64,000 bases of DNA from sequence record OQ689735.1. One strand, written 5' to 3'. The stretch is from Escherichia phage 4E10. Below are positions 36,352 to 46,025 of the stretch, piece by piece; position 1 is the stretch's first letter, and each line of letters opens with the position of its first letter. The position numbers were made by a program, and so were the translations under genes. The notes under the pieces are model-generated. The model was not told where the DNA came from. It made no database searches and saw nothing but the letters and a program-made list of their open reading frames with translations.

Positions 36352-36558
36352 TCATAATTGCCACCATTTTTTGACTTGATAAGAATCAACCCACACTTTC
36401 ATATTAGGGTCTGCTCTTACAATAGGAGGATTAACTTCTTTAATTGAACTATCATGGTATTCTTTTTCAGAAATTTTCACACAAAGATGACCATTCAAAG
36501 ATTCAGTAAATCCTGCATTAATTTTAAGACGCTTGAATTTTACGTGTGTAAGCATCAA
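36352..36558 (-). CDS. small hypothetical protein
   Basis: 68-aa ORF. Confidence 0.45.
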   Translation of the reverse strand: MMLTHVKFKRLKINAGFTESLNGHLCVKISEKEYHDSSIKEVNPPIVRADPNMKVWVDSYQVKKWWQL

Positions 36559-36841
36559 TCATATCCTCAATTTGCGATCTAGTAGTCTTCCAAAGAATAC
36601 TGATGAGTTCATCGTTATATGGCTGTTTTAGAATATCCCGACTTTTCTTGATAGCATATTCGTATTGAGCAAAATTATTGTTTTCAGCTGCGATCTGAGC
36701 GTGCTTATAAAGACGATTCAGTTCGCGTTTGTTTTTAGACAATAACTTATTTGCTTTTCTTTCTGCTTCAAGACGGTTCTTTTCTTCAATAGAAGAAATA
36801 AGCTTTTCCACTTCATCATTAATTTCGGGTTTATCAGTCAT
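36524..36841 (-). CDS. hypothetical protein
   Basis: 105-aa ORF, coiled-coil-like. Confidence 0.5.
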   Translation of the reverse strand: MTDKPEINDEVEKLISSIEEKNRLEAERKANKLLSKNKRELNRLYKHAQIAAENNNFAQYEYAIKKSRDILKQPYNDELISILWKTTRSQIEDMIDAYTRKIQAS

Positions 36842-36842
36842 A

Positions 36843-37061
36843 TTATTTCTCTAATATAAAATAAAAATCATCATCTGTTAAATGATACCGATAGTTTAAT
36901 TCTACACCATTAGATTTAAAAGCGGTATCATACGGATTTTCTGGATCAATATCAATGTCAAGAGCTAAAACTTCCCTGAGATACATTTTAAGTAAATAGG
37001 GAATAGCTTCAACTTCAGGTATTTCTTCCAAGAATCCGGAGAGGTTAATCGTTAGCCTCAT
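36843..37061 (-). CDS. small hypothetical protein
   Basis: 72-aa ORF. Confidence 0.5.
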
Positions 37062-37602
37062 ATAAAAAATCCAAACTAGGAGAATCGTCTACAACACTTT
37101 TCTTTTCAGCCCCCGGTGTTCTATAGGTTGATTCTTCGTAATGCGTCATTTTATCGTAGATGTCTTGAATAAAAGTTTCATCTACTAACGCAACCATATC
37201 GTCGTCACGACTGTCATAGACATTGTGAACGAAGTAACTATATTTCTTTGCAACTTCCTTACGTTCTTTTTTAATACGTTGGACGAATGCATTAAAACAA
37301 GCTTGAGTTATATACGCATGTGGGTTTTTATATTTCGTTTCATCAAAATTATGAAGCCCCTTAATAGAAGCTTCTATACCATCTGCAATCATTTCTTGTT
37401 TCCAAGACTGGGTGTATCCTGAAAAGTTGAAACGTTTAGATAAGCCTTCTGCAATAAGCATAATGGCTAATCCGATAGTATCATTCTGACGAACTACTTT
37501 ATTTGGGTCTTTATTATTTGCTAATTCTGTTTTCCAATCAATAATAGCTTGTAAAAGCTCTTTATTGTTTACGTAATTATATTTAGGCTTAGTTTCTGAC
37601 AT
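37045..37602 (-). CDS. 55: late-transcription sigma factor
   Basis: Trimmed to [10 protein letters not shown] start, 185 aa; matches T4 gp55. Confidence 0.9.
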
Positions 37603-37680
37603 TTTCACCTCTTAGCTCAATTCATAGATCTATTATATCATAATATTTGAAGATCTATCTTAAAGCATAGAGGATATCAG

Positions 37681-37950
37681 TTATCTAAGTAAGCAGTATG
37701 CTTGGAACACTTTCTCCATCATCTTTTTAAATTCATGAATATCTATGTAATGATCATTAATATCAGCGCGATATAAAAAGTCTAAAAACTTTTTATGGGT
37801 ATTAGAATATTTACTTCCAGTTAATTCAGAAACATGGCTTTCCCAATATCCAACACCAGTTTTATTTGGGAAAAATGAAATTTTCATGTATTGGTCAACA
37901 TAGAAAATACCAAAATTTTCAATAGCAATAGAAATATTAATTAATTTCAT
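37681..37950 (-). CDS. hypothetical protein
   Basis: 89-aa ORF. Confidence 0.5.
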   Translation of the reverse strand: MKLINISIAIENFGIFYVDQYMKISFFPNKTGVGYWESHVSELTGSKYSNTHKKFLDFLYRADINDHYIDIHEFKKMMEKVFQAYCLLR

Positions 37951-38162
37951 ACATTCATCAACTTAGCCGCTTCAAGAGCTGCATCTAGTGAATCAAACTG
38001 GTCAACGTATTCAATCAATTCGCCATAATTGGCATATAACCACCATTGGCTAAATTCATACTCAAGGATGAATCCGTTTCCTTCAATTTGAGTTAAACCA
38101 ATGCCATTTGTATTTACTTCATACCCAGCAAGACGTAAATCGTTAATAAGAGCTTCGTTCAT
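37947..38162 (-). CDS. hypothetical protein
   Basis: 71-aa acidic ORF. Confidence 0.5.
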   Translation of the reverse strand: MNEALINDLRLAGYEVNTNGIGLTQIEGNGFILEYEFSQWWLYANYGELIEYVDQFDSLDAALEAAKLMNV

Positions 38163-38164
38163 AA

Positions 38165-38491
38165 TTATACCTTAGTAATTTTCAGGTCTGCAAATTTTTT
38201 CTTACGTTGATTTTTCATGCGACGAATAGTTTTATCGGAAATTTCATGCTTTTGATAAGCTTTAGATTCTACACCAAAAGCTTTAACATCAAATTCTGAC
38301 AAGATATATTGAACCAACAATTCACGGACAGTGTTGCGTCCAATCTTCTGATCATTCTGTTTCATCGTCTGATGAAGCTCTTTTTCCCATTTATCCAAAA
38401 TTTGAGGAGTTACAATATCGCCTTTTTCTAACAAAGAAACTACTTTATCATATGCGTAAGAATTGATGGCGTTTTTAATTTGAATAGTCAT
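38165..38491 (-). CDS. hypothetical protein
   Basis: 108-aa ORF. Confidence 0.5.
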   Translation of the reverse strand: MTIQIKNAINSYAYDKVVSLLEKGDIVTPQILDKWEKELHQTMKQNDQKIGRNTVRELLVQYILSEFDVKAFGVESKAYQKHEISDKTIRRMKNQRKKKFADLKITKV

Positions 38492-38529
38492 ACATTATCC
38501 TCAATTACGTTAAAATTTTATTATCCAAA

Positions 38530-38545
38530 AAGGGCCGAAGCCCTT
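38530..38545 (-). terminator. hairpin terminator (AAGGGC-CGAA-GCCCTT)
   Basis: Stem-loop at the stop of the 38544..38744 ORF. Confidence 0.45.
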
Positions 38546-38744
38546 AGCTAAACTTTTTGGCACCCTTCCAGCCTTCATACATCATTGCGGCTGATATTAA
38601 TATTGCTCCTGAGCAACTTGAATATTTGTGATTCCAAAACCAGTTTAGAAAAACTTCGTCATCAATACCTTGGGCTATCATATTTTCAAAGAACTGACGA
38701 CGAGCTTCGGCAATTCGCTGCGATAATTTAGATTCAGGATTCAT
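38544..38744 (-). CDS. small hypothetical protein
   Basis: 66-aa ORF. Confidence 0.45.
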   Translation of the reverse strand: MNPESKLSQRIAEARRQFFENMIAQGIDDEVFLNWFWNHKYSSCSGAILISAAMMYEGWKGAKKFS

Positions 38745-38883
38745 TTAAATTTCCCAATTGCCATTTTCATCAATAAATTTAATCCAGTCATTTACTGACC
38801 ACTTAGTTGTATCACCTTTTGGAGTAACATTTAAAGTGTATAACCCCTGCTTAAAAAGCATTCGTTTGATATTCATATTTTCC

Positions 38884-39177
38884 TCAGCTGTAACGATAAC
38901 ACTCGTTTGATTTACGTTTAGCAACTCGTTGAGATGTATTATAATCTAATTCATCGTCGATGTAAACATCTTTTTTCAACTTTCTCACTTCATTACGTAA
39001 TTGACGATTTAATTCATTCTTAACCTCTGAATCAACACCTCGCATACGTCGCCATTTATCTGAACGAAAAATGTTTTCAACCATATCTTTATGACTTACA
39101 CCATCAGGAGCTTTACGCTTTCCGAAATAGTCATAATCACGTACTTTTAAATCTTTACGACGATACGTTTTACCCAT
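38884..39177 (-). CDS. basic hypothetical protein
   Basis: Track ORF 38884..39222 trimmed to MGKTYRRKDL; Lys/Arg-rich. Confidence 0.45.
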   Translation of the reverse strand: MGKTYRRKDLKVRDYDYFGKRKAPDGVSHKDMVENIFRSDKWRRMRGVDSEVKNELNRQLRNEVRKLKKDVYIDDELDYNTSQRVAKRKSNECYRYS

Positions 39178-39352
39178 GGAGTTTAATTTCCTTAGCAACT
39201 GAACTAAATACAGCACGGTCACAAATCATGTGTTTATGTAACTTAAGTATAATATAGCAAACTTCAAAACTATTTACATGAGTAACACGAACAGCATTAC
39301 CATTAATAAAATAATACTGTCCCTTTTTAATTTCTTTATCAACCACAACCAT
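39170..39352 (-). CDS. small hypothetical protein
   Basis: 60-aa ORF. Confidence 0.4.
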   Translation of the reverse strand: MVVVDKEIKKGQYYFINGNAVRVTHVNSFEVCYIILKLHKHMICDRAVFSSVAKEIKLHG

Positions 39353-39492
39353 ATCAAATCCTCAAAGGCAATTCATATGTTAATAATACCACGGTTTGAA
39401 CTTGTTGTAAACAACTTTGTGAAAATATTTTAGGGAATGACAAGAAGGGAACGATAGCTTAGAATGGTAATATACAGAATGCGAGAAAGAAA

Positions 39493-39505
39493 GGCCCAGA
39501 GGGCC
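39493..39505 (-). terminator. short GC hairpin (GGCCC-AGA-GGGCC)
   Basis: Stem-loop after the nrdH-like ORF stop. Confidence 0.35.
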
Positions 39506-39509
39506 CGTC

Positions 39510-39833
39510 TTAATCTTCTATGATATCTCTATCATATCCAAGTGAAATGAGAGTTTCTTTGAAGTGTTTAATGTTCTTTTGCCTAGAATCATTAATGAAA
39601 ATGACCGGATACCGAATATTAAGAGATGTGAATCCGGCGCGTTTGGCAAGAGATACAATCAGTGGACGATCATACTCAATCTTACCATTATTAGTAAGAA
39701 CTTTATAGAAAGTAAAAGGAGCATTGAGCTCCTTTAGAAGTTTTGTAACTGATTGACATCCAGGACAACGACCTACTTCATCTGGAATTCCATAGACTTC
39801 AATCTTATTCTTTAAGTTCGAGTTTTGTTCCAC
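39510..39833 (-). CDS. nrdH: NrdH-like glutaredoxin/thioredoxin-fold protein
   Basis: CPGC redox motif in GIPDEVGRCPGCQS; track ORF extends to 39962 but that overlaps the upstream gene, so a GTG start near 39833 is likely. Confidence 0.5.
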   Translation of the reverse strand: MEQNSNLKNKIEVYGIPDEVGRCPGCQSVTKLLKELNAPFTFYKVLTNNGKIEYDRPLIVSLAKRAGFTSLNIRYPVIFINDSRQKNIKHFKETLISLGYDRDIIED

Positions 39834-40116
39834 GAGAAATAATTCCTTGGTAAGCCCAATAAGGAGGATTAACAGAATCCTCACCAGAGTTTTCTTCAGG
39901 AAAATAAACCTGGATAACGAAGCCGGATTCATCAAAGGTAAAATAAACCGTAGGCAGTTCACCTAACAAATCGGCACGAGCGTTGATTTCTTCGAGGTCT
40001 TGTTCACGTCCAGCCCAGAAGCTTGGGTTCAGACTACATTCATAGAAATAATAGTCATTACCGAACATATCAAAACCATTCCAACTCTCTACTACATACC
40101 GCTCAAAACTAATCAT
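39805..40116 (-). CDS. hypothetical protein
   Basis: 103-aa ORF with protein-like composition. Confidence 0.5.
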   Translation of the reverse strand: MISFERYVVESWNGFDMFGNDYYFYECSLNPSFWAGREQDLEEINARADLLGELPTVYFTFDESGFVIQVYFPEENSGEDSVNPPYWAYQGIISRGTKLELKE

Positions 40117-40118
40117 AA

Positions 40119-40334
40119 TTAAGCCTTTTTATCAAGAACCGCATTCAGCTTGTTAGTAATTTTATCCAGACGCTCATTGAACTCACTAGAAGATAAGCCC
40201 TTTTCTGGAGAAATTAAACTAATCACGAAAAATACAACAATAAAAGGAATAAGAAAAATAGCTCCAACTGCCATAAACAGAAAGAACGTTACAGTTGTAA
40301 GAAAATCAGCTAAACCTTTACGAAATTTATACAT
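40119..40334 (-). CDS. small membrane protein
   Basis: 71-aa ORF with one long hydrophobic helix. Confidence 0.5.
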   Translation of the reverse strand: MYKFRKGLADFLTTVTFFLFMAVGAIFLIPFIVVFFVISLISPEKGLSSSEFNERLDKITNKLNAVLDKKA

Positions 40335-40449
40335 ATTTTACCCTTAATTGATTAACCAAGCATTGATAAGCACTAAACTATATTGCGAATAAAATTCTGG
40401 ACCAAAATGAAAAATCATATCATTTATAGTGTCCATAATATAATTCAAT

Positions 40450-40920
40450 TTAATCATGTTTCCACACCCCATCGGTATTTGACCAAAGTCGCTGATTATC
40501 TGATCCTCGCCACAGCTTTTTAGTCGGAAGATTTTTCTCATACTTCCCATCAATAATAACATCAACATATTTAAGCATTTCTAGTTGTTTAATATCTTCA
40601 AACTTATATCCTGTCCACAACCAAATGCTTTTATTGGGATAAAGATTTTTAATAGTTTGAACCACAGAGTGAATCACGTCTCTGTTATCAGGATAGAGAG
40701 GGTCACCTCCGGTTATAGTCAATCCTTCTATATAATCATTATTCAAACATTCAATTAATTGTTCTAGTGTTTCACCAGTGAATGGAACACCATTTCTAGC
40801 ATTCCATGTTGATTTATTATAACACCCTTCGCATTTATGCAAACAACCTGTAACGAAAAGAACGGTCCTGCAGCCAGGACCATTAACAAAATCGCAAGGA
40901 TAAAATCTATCATAATTCAT
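40450..40920 (-). CDS. nrdG: anaerobic ribonucleotide reductase activase (radical SAM)
   Basis: 156-aa ORF; CxxxCxxC as CLHKCEGC. Confidence 0.9.
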   Translation of the reverse strand: MNYDRFYPCDFVNGPGCRTVLFVTGCLHKCEGCYNKSTWNARNGVPFTGETLEQLIECLNNDYIEGLTITGGDPLYPDNRDVIHSVVQTIKNLYPNKSIWLWTGYKFEDIKQLEMLKYVDVIIDGKYEKNLPTKKLWRGSDNQRLWSNTDGVWKHD

Positions 40921-42734
40921 TGGTGCTTAACCCTATGCATGATTTCTTTATTTTTGCCGAGATTAAATCCGCGTTCGTTCGGATTTCCCAAATAACCACA
41001 TGTTCTTCTTATTGTGTTCATCTTTTTAGGATCAGTTTCTCCACAAATAGAACAAACAAATCCATTTTCAGTAGGAGTCATTTCATGGGTACTTCCACAT
41101 GTAAAACATTTATCTACTGGCATGTTAACACCAAAATAATCTAAATGTTGTGCAGCATAATCCCATACGGCCTCAAGACCCTTTAAGTTATTTTTCATAT
41201 CAGGAAGTTCAACATAAGAAATGTGACCACCTGTCGCAATGAAATGATATGGCGCTTCACGAGAAATCTTTTCAAACGGAGTAATATTTTCTTCTACTGA
41301 AACATGGAAACTGTTAGTGTACCAACCTTTATCGGTAACATCCTTTACACTTCCATATTTTTCGGTATCAAGTTTACAGAAGCGATAACAAAGGTTTTCA
41401 GCAGGAGTAGAATACAAGCTAAAAGCAAAACCAGTTCTTTCAGTCCACTGCTTAAGACGAGCATTCATTTTAGTTAAAATTTCTTGTCCAATATCACGAC
41501 CGACAAGAATATTCAATTCGTGAATACCAATGTATCCTAAGGACACTGAACTTCTACCGTTTTTAAATAACTCAATTATATCATCATCAGGTTTAAGACG
41601 AACCCCGAATGCACCTTCTTGGTAAAGAATAGGAGCAACAGTAGCTTTAACTCCTTTTAAGGAACTAATTCTACACATCAATGCTTCAAAACATAAATCC
41701 ATTCGTTCATTGAACAATTCGATAAATTTCTGTTCATTGAACTGTGTTCCAATATAAGAATCTAATGCGATACGAGGAAGATTCAGTGTTACAACACCGA
41801 GATTATTACGTCCATCAAGAATTTCATTACCAGTCGAATCTTTCCATACGCTCAAGAAACTACGGCAACCCATTGGAGAAACAGGAATAGATGAGCCGGT
41901 GATAGCTTTATTGTTCTTAGCCGAAATGATGTCAGGATACATTCTTTTGCTTGCGCACTCTAAAGCAAGCTGCTTAATATCATAGTTCGGGTCGTCTTTA
42001 TAAAGATTAACACCTTCTTCAACGAACATAACAAGTTTAGGGAAAATAGGAGTTATCCCATCACGACCAAGACCTTTAATACGATTTTTCAGAATTGCTT
42101 TCTGAATCATTCGTTCAGTCCAGTCAGTTCCCGTACCAAATGTAATTGTTACAAAAGGAGTCTGTCCGTTTGAACTAAAGAGAGTATTTACTTCATATTC
42201 ATAAGCTTGGAATGCATCGTATACGTCTTTTTCTGTTTTAGATTGAGCATAATTCAACGCATCAGCAATTTGCCATTTTTCTGCATCCTCAATATGTTTT
42301 GCATAGGTGCGTTTAACATAAGGAGAAAGTACTTTATCTACATTCGCAAAAGTCGTTCCGCCATATTGATGGGAAGCAACCTGTGCAGTAATTTGTGCCA
42401 TAATTGCAGTAGCAACTCCAATTGATTTAGGAGTTTCAATCTGTGCATTACCTAGCTTAAATCCATTCTCAAGCATTCCTTTTAAATCTACTAAACAACA
42501 ATTAGTAAATGGAAGAGCAGGGGAATAATCAATATCATGGAAATGAATAATTCCGCTTTCATGCGCTTTCATAATAAAAGACGGGACCATATTTTTGGCA
42601 ATGTGTTTAGACACAATACCAGCCATAAGGTCCCGTTGAGTTGGAAAAACACGAGAATCTTTATTAGCATTCTCGTTTAAAAGGTCTTTATTAGTTTTAT
42701 GAATCAATCCTTCAATTTCTTTTTCAATTGTCAT
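40917..42734 (-). CDS. nrdD: anaerobic ribonucleoside-triphosphate reductase
   Basis: 605-aa continuous ORF; C-terminal glycyl-radical motif RRTCGYLG and Zn-ribbon cysteines; no intron interruption. Confidence 0.9.
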   Translation of the reverse strand: MTIEKEIEGLIHKTNKDLLNENANKDSRVFPTQRDLMAGIVSKHIAKNMVPSFIMKAHESGIIHFHDIDYSPALPFTNCCLVDLKGMLENGFKLGNAQIETPKSIGVATAIMAQITAQVASHQYGGTTFANVDKVLSPYVKRTYAKHIEDAEKWQIADALNYAQSKTEKDVYDAFQAYEYEVNTLFSSNGQTPFVTITFGTGTDWTERMIQKAILKNRIKGLGRDGITPIFPKLVMFVEEGVNLYKDDPNYDIKQLALECASKRMYPDIISAKNNKAITGSSIPVSPMGCRSFLSVWKDSTGNEILDGRNNLGVVTLNLPRIALDSYIGTQFNEQKFIELFNERMDLCFEALMCRISSLKGVKATVAPILYQEGAFGVRLKPDDDIIELFKNGRSSVSLGYIGIHELNILVGRDIGQEILTKMNARLKQWTERTGFAFSLYSTPAENLCYRFCKLDTEKYGSVKDVTDKGWYTNSFHVSVEENITPFEKISREAPYHFIATGGHISYVELPDMKNNLKGLEAVWDYAAQHLDYFGVNMPVDKCFTCGSTHEMTPTENGFVCSICGETDPKKMNTIRRTCGYLGNPNERGFNLGKNKEIMHRVKHQ

Positions 42735-43204
42735 TTTAAACTCTTTCTAAGCTGCTTCTTGAATGAAGCTATTAATTGTGTTTTGGTGTCAGATTCATTA
42801 TATTCAAATCCTCTTTGAAGCATCTCGGCCATCATTTCCTCTTTTCCTAAACGAGAAAATTCCTTTGATTTATCTCCAACAAAGTTAGGGTGAATATTAT
42901 TTTGGGTGTAATCGGATTTTAAATAAGTAAGTAAATTTTCTAACCATTCAAGATAATCAACCCCTTGTCCCTTTAAGCCAGAACGATTAAATTTATGCTT
43001 CATTTGACCTTCTGCAGCATTGCAGAGATTACAAAGCAATCCACGTACCTTTCCTGCTTTTGGTCCATTTAATTCATGGTCATGGTCAAGGTGATTAGCT
43101 TGAACATCAGGATTTAATTCTCGTTGGCAAATTAAGCATTTACCATTTTGTGCATCATAAAATTTCTGTTTTTCTTCTTTATATAATTTGCCAGTCAATA
43201 ACAT
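42731..43204 (-). CDS. 49: endonuclease VII (Holliday junction resolvase)
   Basis: 157-aa ORF; matches T4 gp49 with Cys-rich N-terminus. Confidence 0.9.
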   Translation of the reverse strand: MLLTGKLYKEEKQKFYDAQNGKCLICQRELNPDVQANHLDHDHELNGPKAGKVRGLLCNLCNAAEGQMKHKFNRSGLKGQGVDYLEWLENLLTYLKSDYTQNNIHPNFVGDKSKEFSRLGKEEMMAEMLQRGFEYNESDTKTQLIASFKKQLRKSLK

Positions 43205-43245
43205 AATAAACCCTTACCTTAAATAGATAAGGGTATTTATTATTT

Positions 43246-43731
43246 TCAAGTATTGTAAAACATTCGATGCAATCGCTTATATTGCCGAATCTTTTGGTCA
43301 GAAAAAGAAATTTGGGTTTCAAGCCATTCAATATATTCTGCCGCAGCTTGCATCAAATTTCCTTCATAGCCATCGTTATTTTCTTGTGCAGCTAATTTAG
43401 CTAATGCGTATGAAATACGTTCACCTTGAAAATCAGCTTTAGGCTTCTGAACAACTTGATTAGTTCGCTCTACAACTTCTTCAATTTCGCCATTTTCGAC
43501 TGATTCAGTATTCCACAAGCACCAATATGTAATTGGCTTATCGTAGATGTTAATAATCTTTCCATCAGAAAGTTCAATTTCAATAATTCCAGTGTCAGGC
43601 TCTATATCATCTTCACATTCTTTTGCAAGTTCACGAACTTTAAAGACAGTACCTGCACTAAGTTCCGGCCAGTAATTACACAGCCCTGTATCAGCACGAT
43701 TAATTCTAAACCACTTATCTACTGTAATCAT
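43246..43731 (-). CDS. pin: protease inhibitor Pin-like protein
   Basis: Trimmed to MITVDKW start, 161 aa; T4 pin position; synteny and size. Confidence 0.55.
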   Translation of the reverse strand: MITVDKWFRINRADTGLCNYWPELSAGTVFKVRELAKECEDDIEPDTGIIEIELSDGKIINIYDKPITYWCLWNTESVENGEIEEVVERTNQVVQKPKADFQGERISYALAKLAAQENNDGYEGNLMQAAAEYIEWLETQISFSDQKIRQYKRLHRMFYNT

Positions 43732-43853
43732 GTCCCATCTCCATATCAATTAAGTCATTTATCGTTGGTTCATTATATACTGTTTCTTCATCAGTGTAAA
43801 CCGGTTCTTCCGGCTCTGGCTCTACAGTTTCCCATCTAGCCGCCCACCAAGGT

Positions 43854-44048
43854 TTAACCCCGAAGCTTATTAAGTTCTTCATCATCAATCCAGGATTCTA
43901 GTCCTGTTGGCAGGTCACATTCAATTTCCCAAAGAAGTTCTTCAATTTTCTGAAGACGATCTAGTTCTTCGGCTGGAATAGTAACCATTGATGGAGTTCT
44001 TGATACACTAATATCGTAAATCATATTTACCCCAGTTTGACCATGCAA
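43854..44048 (-). CDS. small hypothetical protein
   Basis: 64-aa ORF. Confidence 0.45.
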   Translation of the reverse strand: MHGQTGVNMIYDISVSRTPSMVTIPAEELDRLQKIEELLWEIECDLPTGLESWIDDEELNKLRG

Positions 44049-44242
44049 TCACCGTATTTCCACTTAGAAATAGACTTTTCACCATTAGAATAATAAACTT
44101 CGAGTTTAGCACGATTATTTTTAATTTGAATAACCTTGGCTGTCATCAAAGTTCCATACCCATAATAAACTGCAACTTCATCACCTACATATACCGCGCT
44201 TCCGCGGTAATCATGAATATAGTCAGTTCCTTCGAGCATCAT
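44027..44242 (-). CDS. small hypothetical protein
   Basis: 71-aa ORF. Confidence 0.45.
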   Translation of the reverse strand: MMLEGTDYIHDYRGSAVYVGDEVAVYYGYGTLMTAKVIQIKNNRAKLEVYYSNGEKSISKWKYGDCMVKLG

Positions 44243-44502
44243 TTAAAGTATTCCCGCAATTGGTCAAATCCACCAATATGACTTCCATCAGGAGCAAATA
44301 CTTGAGGCATCGTCAAGCCAATTTGAGTATCACGACCCAATTTAGTCAGAAGCTCAGCAATTTTCTCATCATCAAAAACACCTTTTTCCGGCATAATGTT
44401 GATAAATTCAAACGACTGTTTCTTCACAGTCAAAAGACGTTTTGCATTATCGCAGTACACACATTTGTGGATGTTGCTATCATAACCATATACTTTAAAC
44501 AT
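44239..44502 (-). CDS. nrdC: thioredoxin/glutaredoxin NrdC
   Basis: 87-aa ORF; CVYC active site; matches T4 NrdC. Confidence 0.85.
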   Translation of the reverse strand: MFKVYGYDSNIHKCVYCDNAKRLLTVKKQSFEFINIMPEKGVFDDEKIAELLTKLGRDTQIGLTMPQVFAPDGSHIGGFDQLREYFK

Positions 44503-44503
44503 A

Positions 44504-44746
44504 TTATTCCTTAATTCCTAGTACTTGTTTAAAAGTCTCGTCGTAATCAAGACTTTGGCCCGTTTGTTCTTTATGTTTGTATATAATATCACTTACTTCT
44601 GATAGCATATTTTTATATGAACGAGTTAAAGCAGATTTAAGCACGCTGTATCTATCAGGAAATTTACCATGTTCATTATAATAAGCTATTGCTAATTCAC
44701 GGACTGCCTTTTCAGCAGTCTCCATATATTCTTTACGCTTTGTCAT
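44504..44746 (-). CDS. small hypothetical protein
   Basis: Track ORF 44504..44887 trimmed to internal start [13 protein letters not shown] to avoid frame overlap. Confidence 0.4.
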
Positions 44747-45047
44747 TTTCTTCTCGGTCAAATCGGTGTTTACAATGGCGACATTTATAACGAAGATTAC
44801 TAGTCTGCCAATGGACCAATTGCACCTGTTCAGTTCCACATTCAGGGCAATTAGGAACGTTTTTAGAAGCCCTTTCACGACGTTCAACCATGACCATTAC
44901 AGAATCCCAATTAACAGGAGGGCTATAATCATCACAACCATGAATCTTTCCACGCATTTCCAAATTGTCTTCTTCACCAGCCATAATAATTTTAATTAGA
45001 CTAGAATTACTTGAAGCTGCAATGTCTTCTAATAGACGCTTTTTCAT
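44733..45047 (-). CDS. zinc-ribbon protein
   Basis: 104-aa ORF; CPEC...CRHC four-Cys motif. Confidence 0.5.
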
Positions 45048-46012
45048 TTCAATACCTCAATAGCATTGCGTAAACCATTTGCTTTTGCATTAAGAGCTTT
45101 TAACAATTTGGTGTGTTCTGCAATTTGGGCTTCAACTTCAATCAAACGAGCATTGAGATATTCGCGTTCTTCGCTCAGGTTATCAACCTTTTCTACTTTA
45201 GGTTCTTTTACAACTGGCTTATACGTATTAGGGTTCTTCAGTTTAATTAGAATGCGTGAGCTGTATAACATTGAACCATTATCTTCGGTTTCATCATACA
45301 TTTCCACTACGTCCATAATTTTTAACATCATGCGAAGTTTATAAGACAACGAACGAATAGTTTTGTTGTGCTTATTAATTTCTTTAGCTGTCATGGTGCC
45401 GAGATTACGTGAGTAATAATAAGGAACCTGGATATTAATTAATACTGATGAACCACCTGGCTTGTGTGTTACTTCATCAGCAATAACCCAGTCCTTAACA
45501 TGAACTGTATTTGTACGGTCATCGCCTGCGGTAAATAGTTTACGAGCATGCTTAAAAAGCATATTCACTTGGTCATTGAATTGACAAGCGAATTTATCAG
45601 CAAATTTAGTTTCAGGAATGGTAGATAACCAATCAGCTAAATGGGTCTTTTTAACATCGTTAACAATAGTAAATTCAACCAAATCGGTTATAGATGTCGC
45701 AGATTTAATGAAGCTCGGCTTCATAAAGTTTTTAATGTTATCGCGAGCTACAGTAGAAGATAACATACGAGAACGTTTAAACCATTCAAGCAAATTGCCT
45801 AACGAATGAGAATAAGCATTTTGAGTATCTTTACAGATATGATTTTCCTGGCCAACATATTGAAGGAAATCACGAAGAATATTATTGATTACTGCTCTGT
45901 GTCCTATCTGATAATTACGATGTTTAGTAATAAGACTATCAAAATAATCAATATAATGTTTACGAGTTTTCATGTTCTTCTCACTTGGTTGATGATTTAT
46001 ACTCCGAGCCAT
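45044..46012 (-). CDS. hypothetical protein, coiled-coil family member A
   Basis: 322-aa ORF; C-terminal coiled coil; true start may be the internal ATG at about 45973. Confidence 0.55.
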   Translation of the reverse strand: MARSINHQPSEKNMKTRKHYIDYFDSLITKHRNYQIGHRAVINNILRDFLQYVGQENHICKDTQNAYSHSLGNLLEWFKRSRMLSSTVARDNIKNFMKPSFIKSATSITDLVEFTIVNDVKKTHLADWLSTIPETKFADKFACQFNDQVNMLFKHARKLFTAGDDRTNTVHVKDWVIADEVTHKPGGSSVLINIQVPYYYSRNLGTMTAKEINKHNKTIRSLSYKLRMMLKIMDVVEMYDETEDNGSMLYSSRILIKLKNPNTYKPVVKEPKVEKVDNLSEEREYLNARLIEVEAQIAEHTKLLKALNAKANGLRNAIEVLK

Positions 46013-46025
46013 CCTTGGCTTTAAA

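Noticed and set aside
40344-40568. 74-aa ORF overlapping the nrdG 3-prime end
   Set aside because: Out-of-frame overlap with nrdG; no independent start signals.
40917-42734. Group I intron or homing endonuclease in nrdD
   Set aside because: The ORF is continuous at the expected mature-protein length, with no internal stop or extra ORF.
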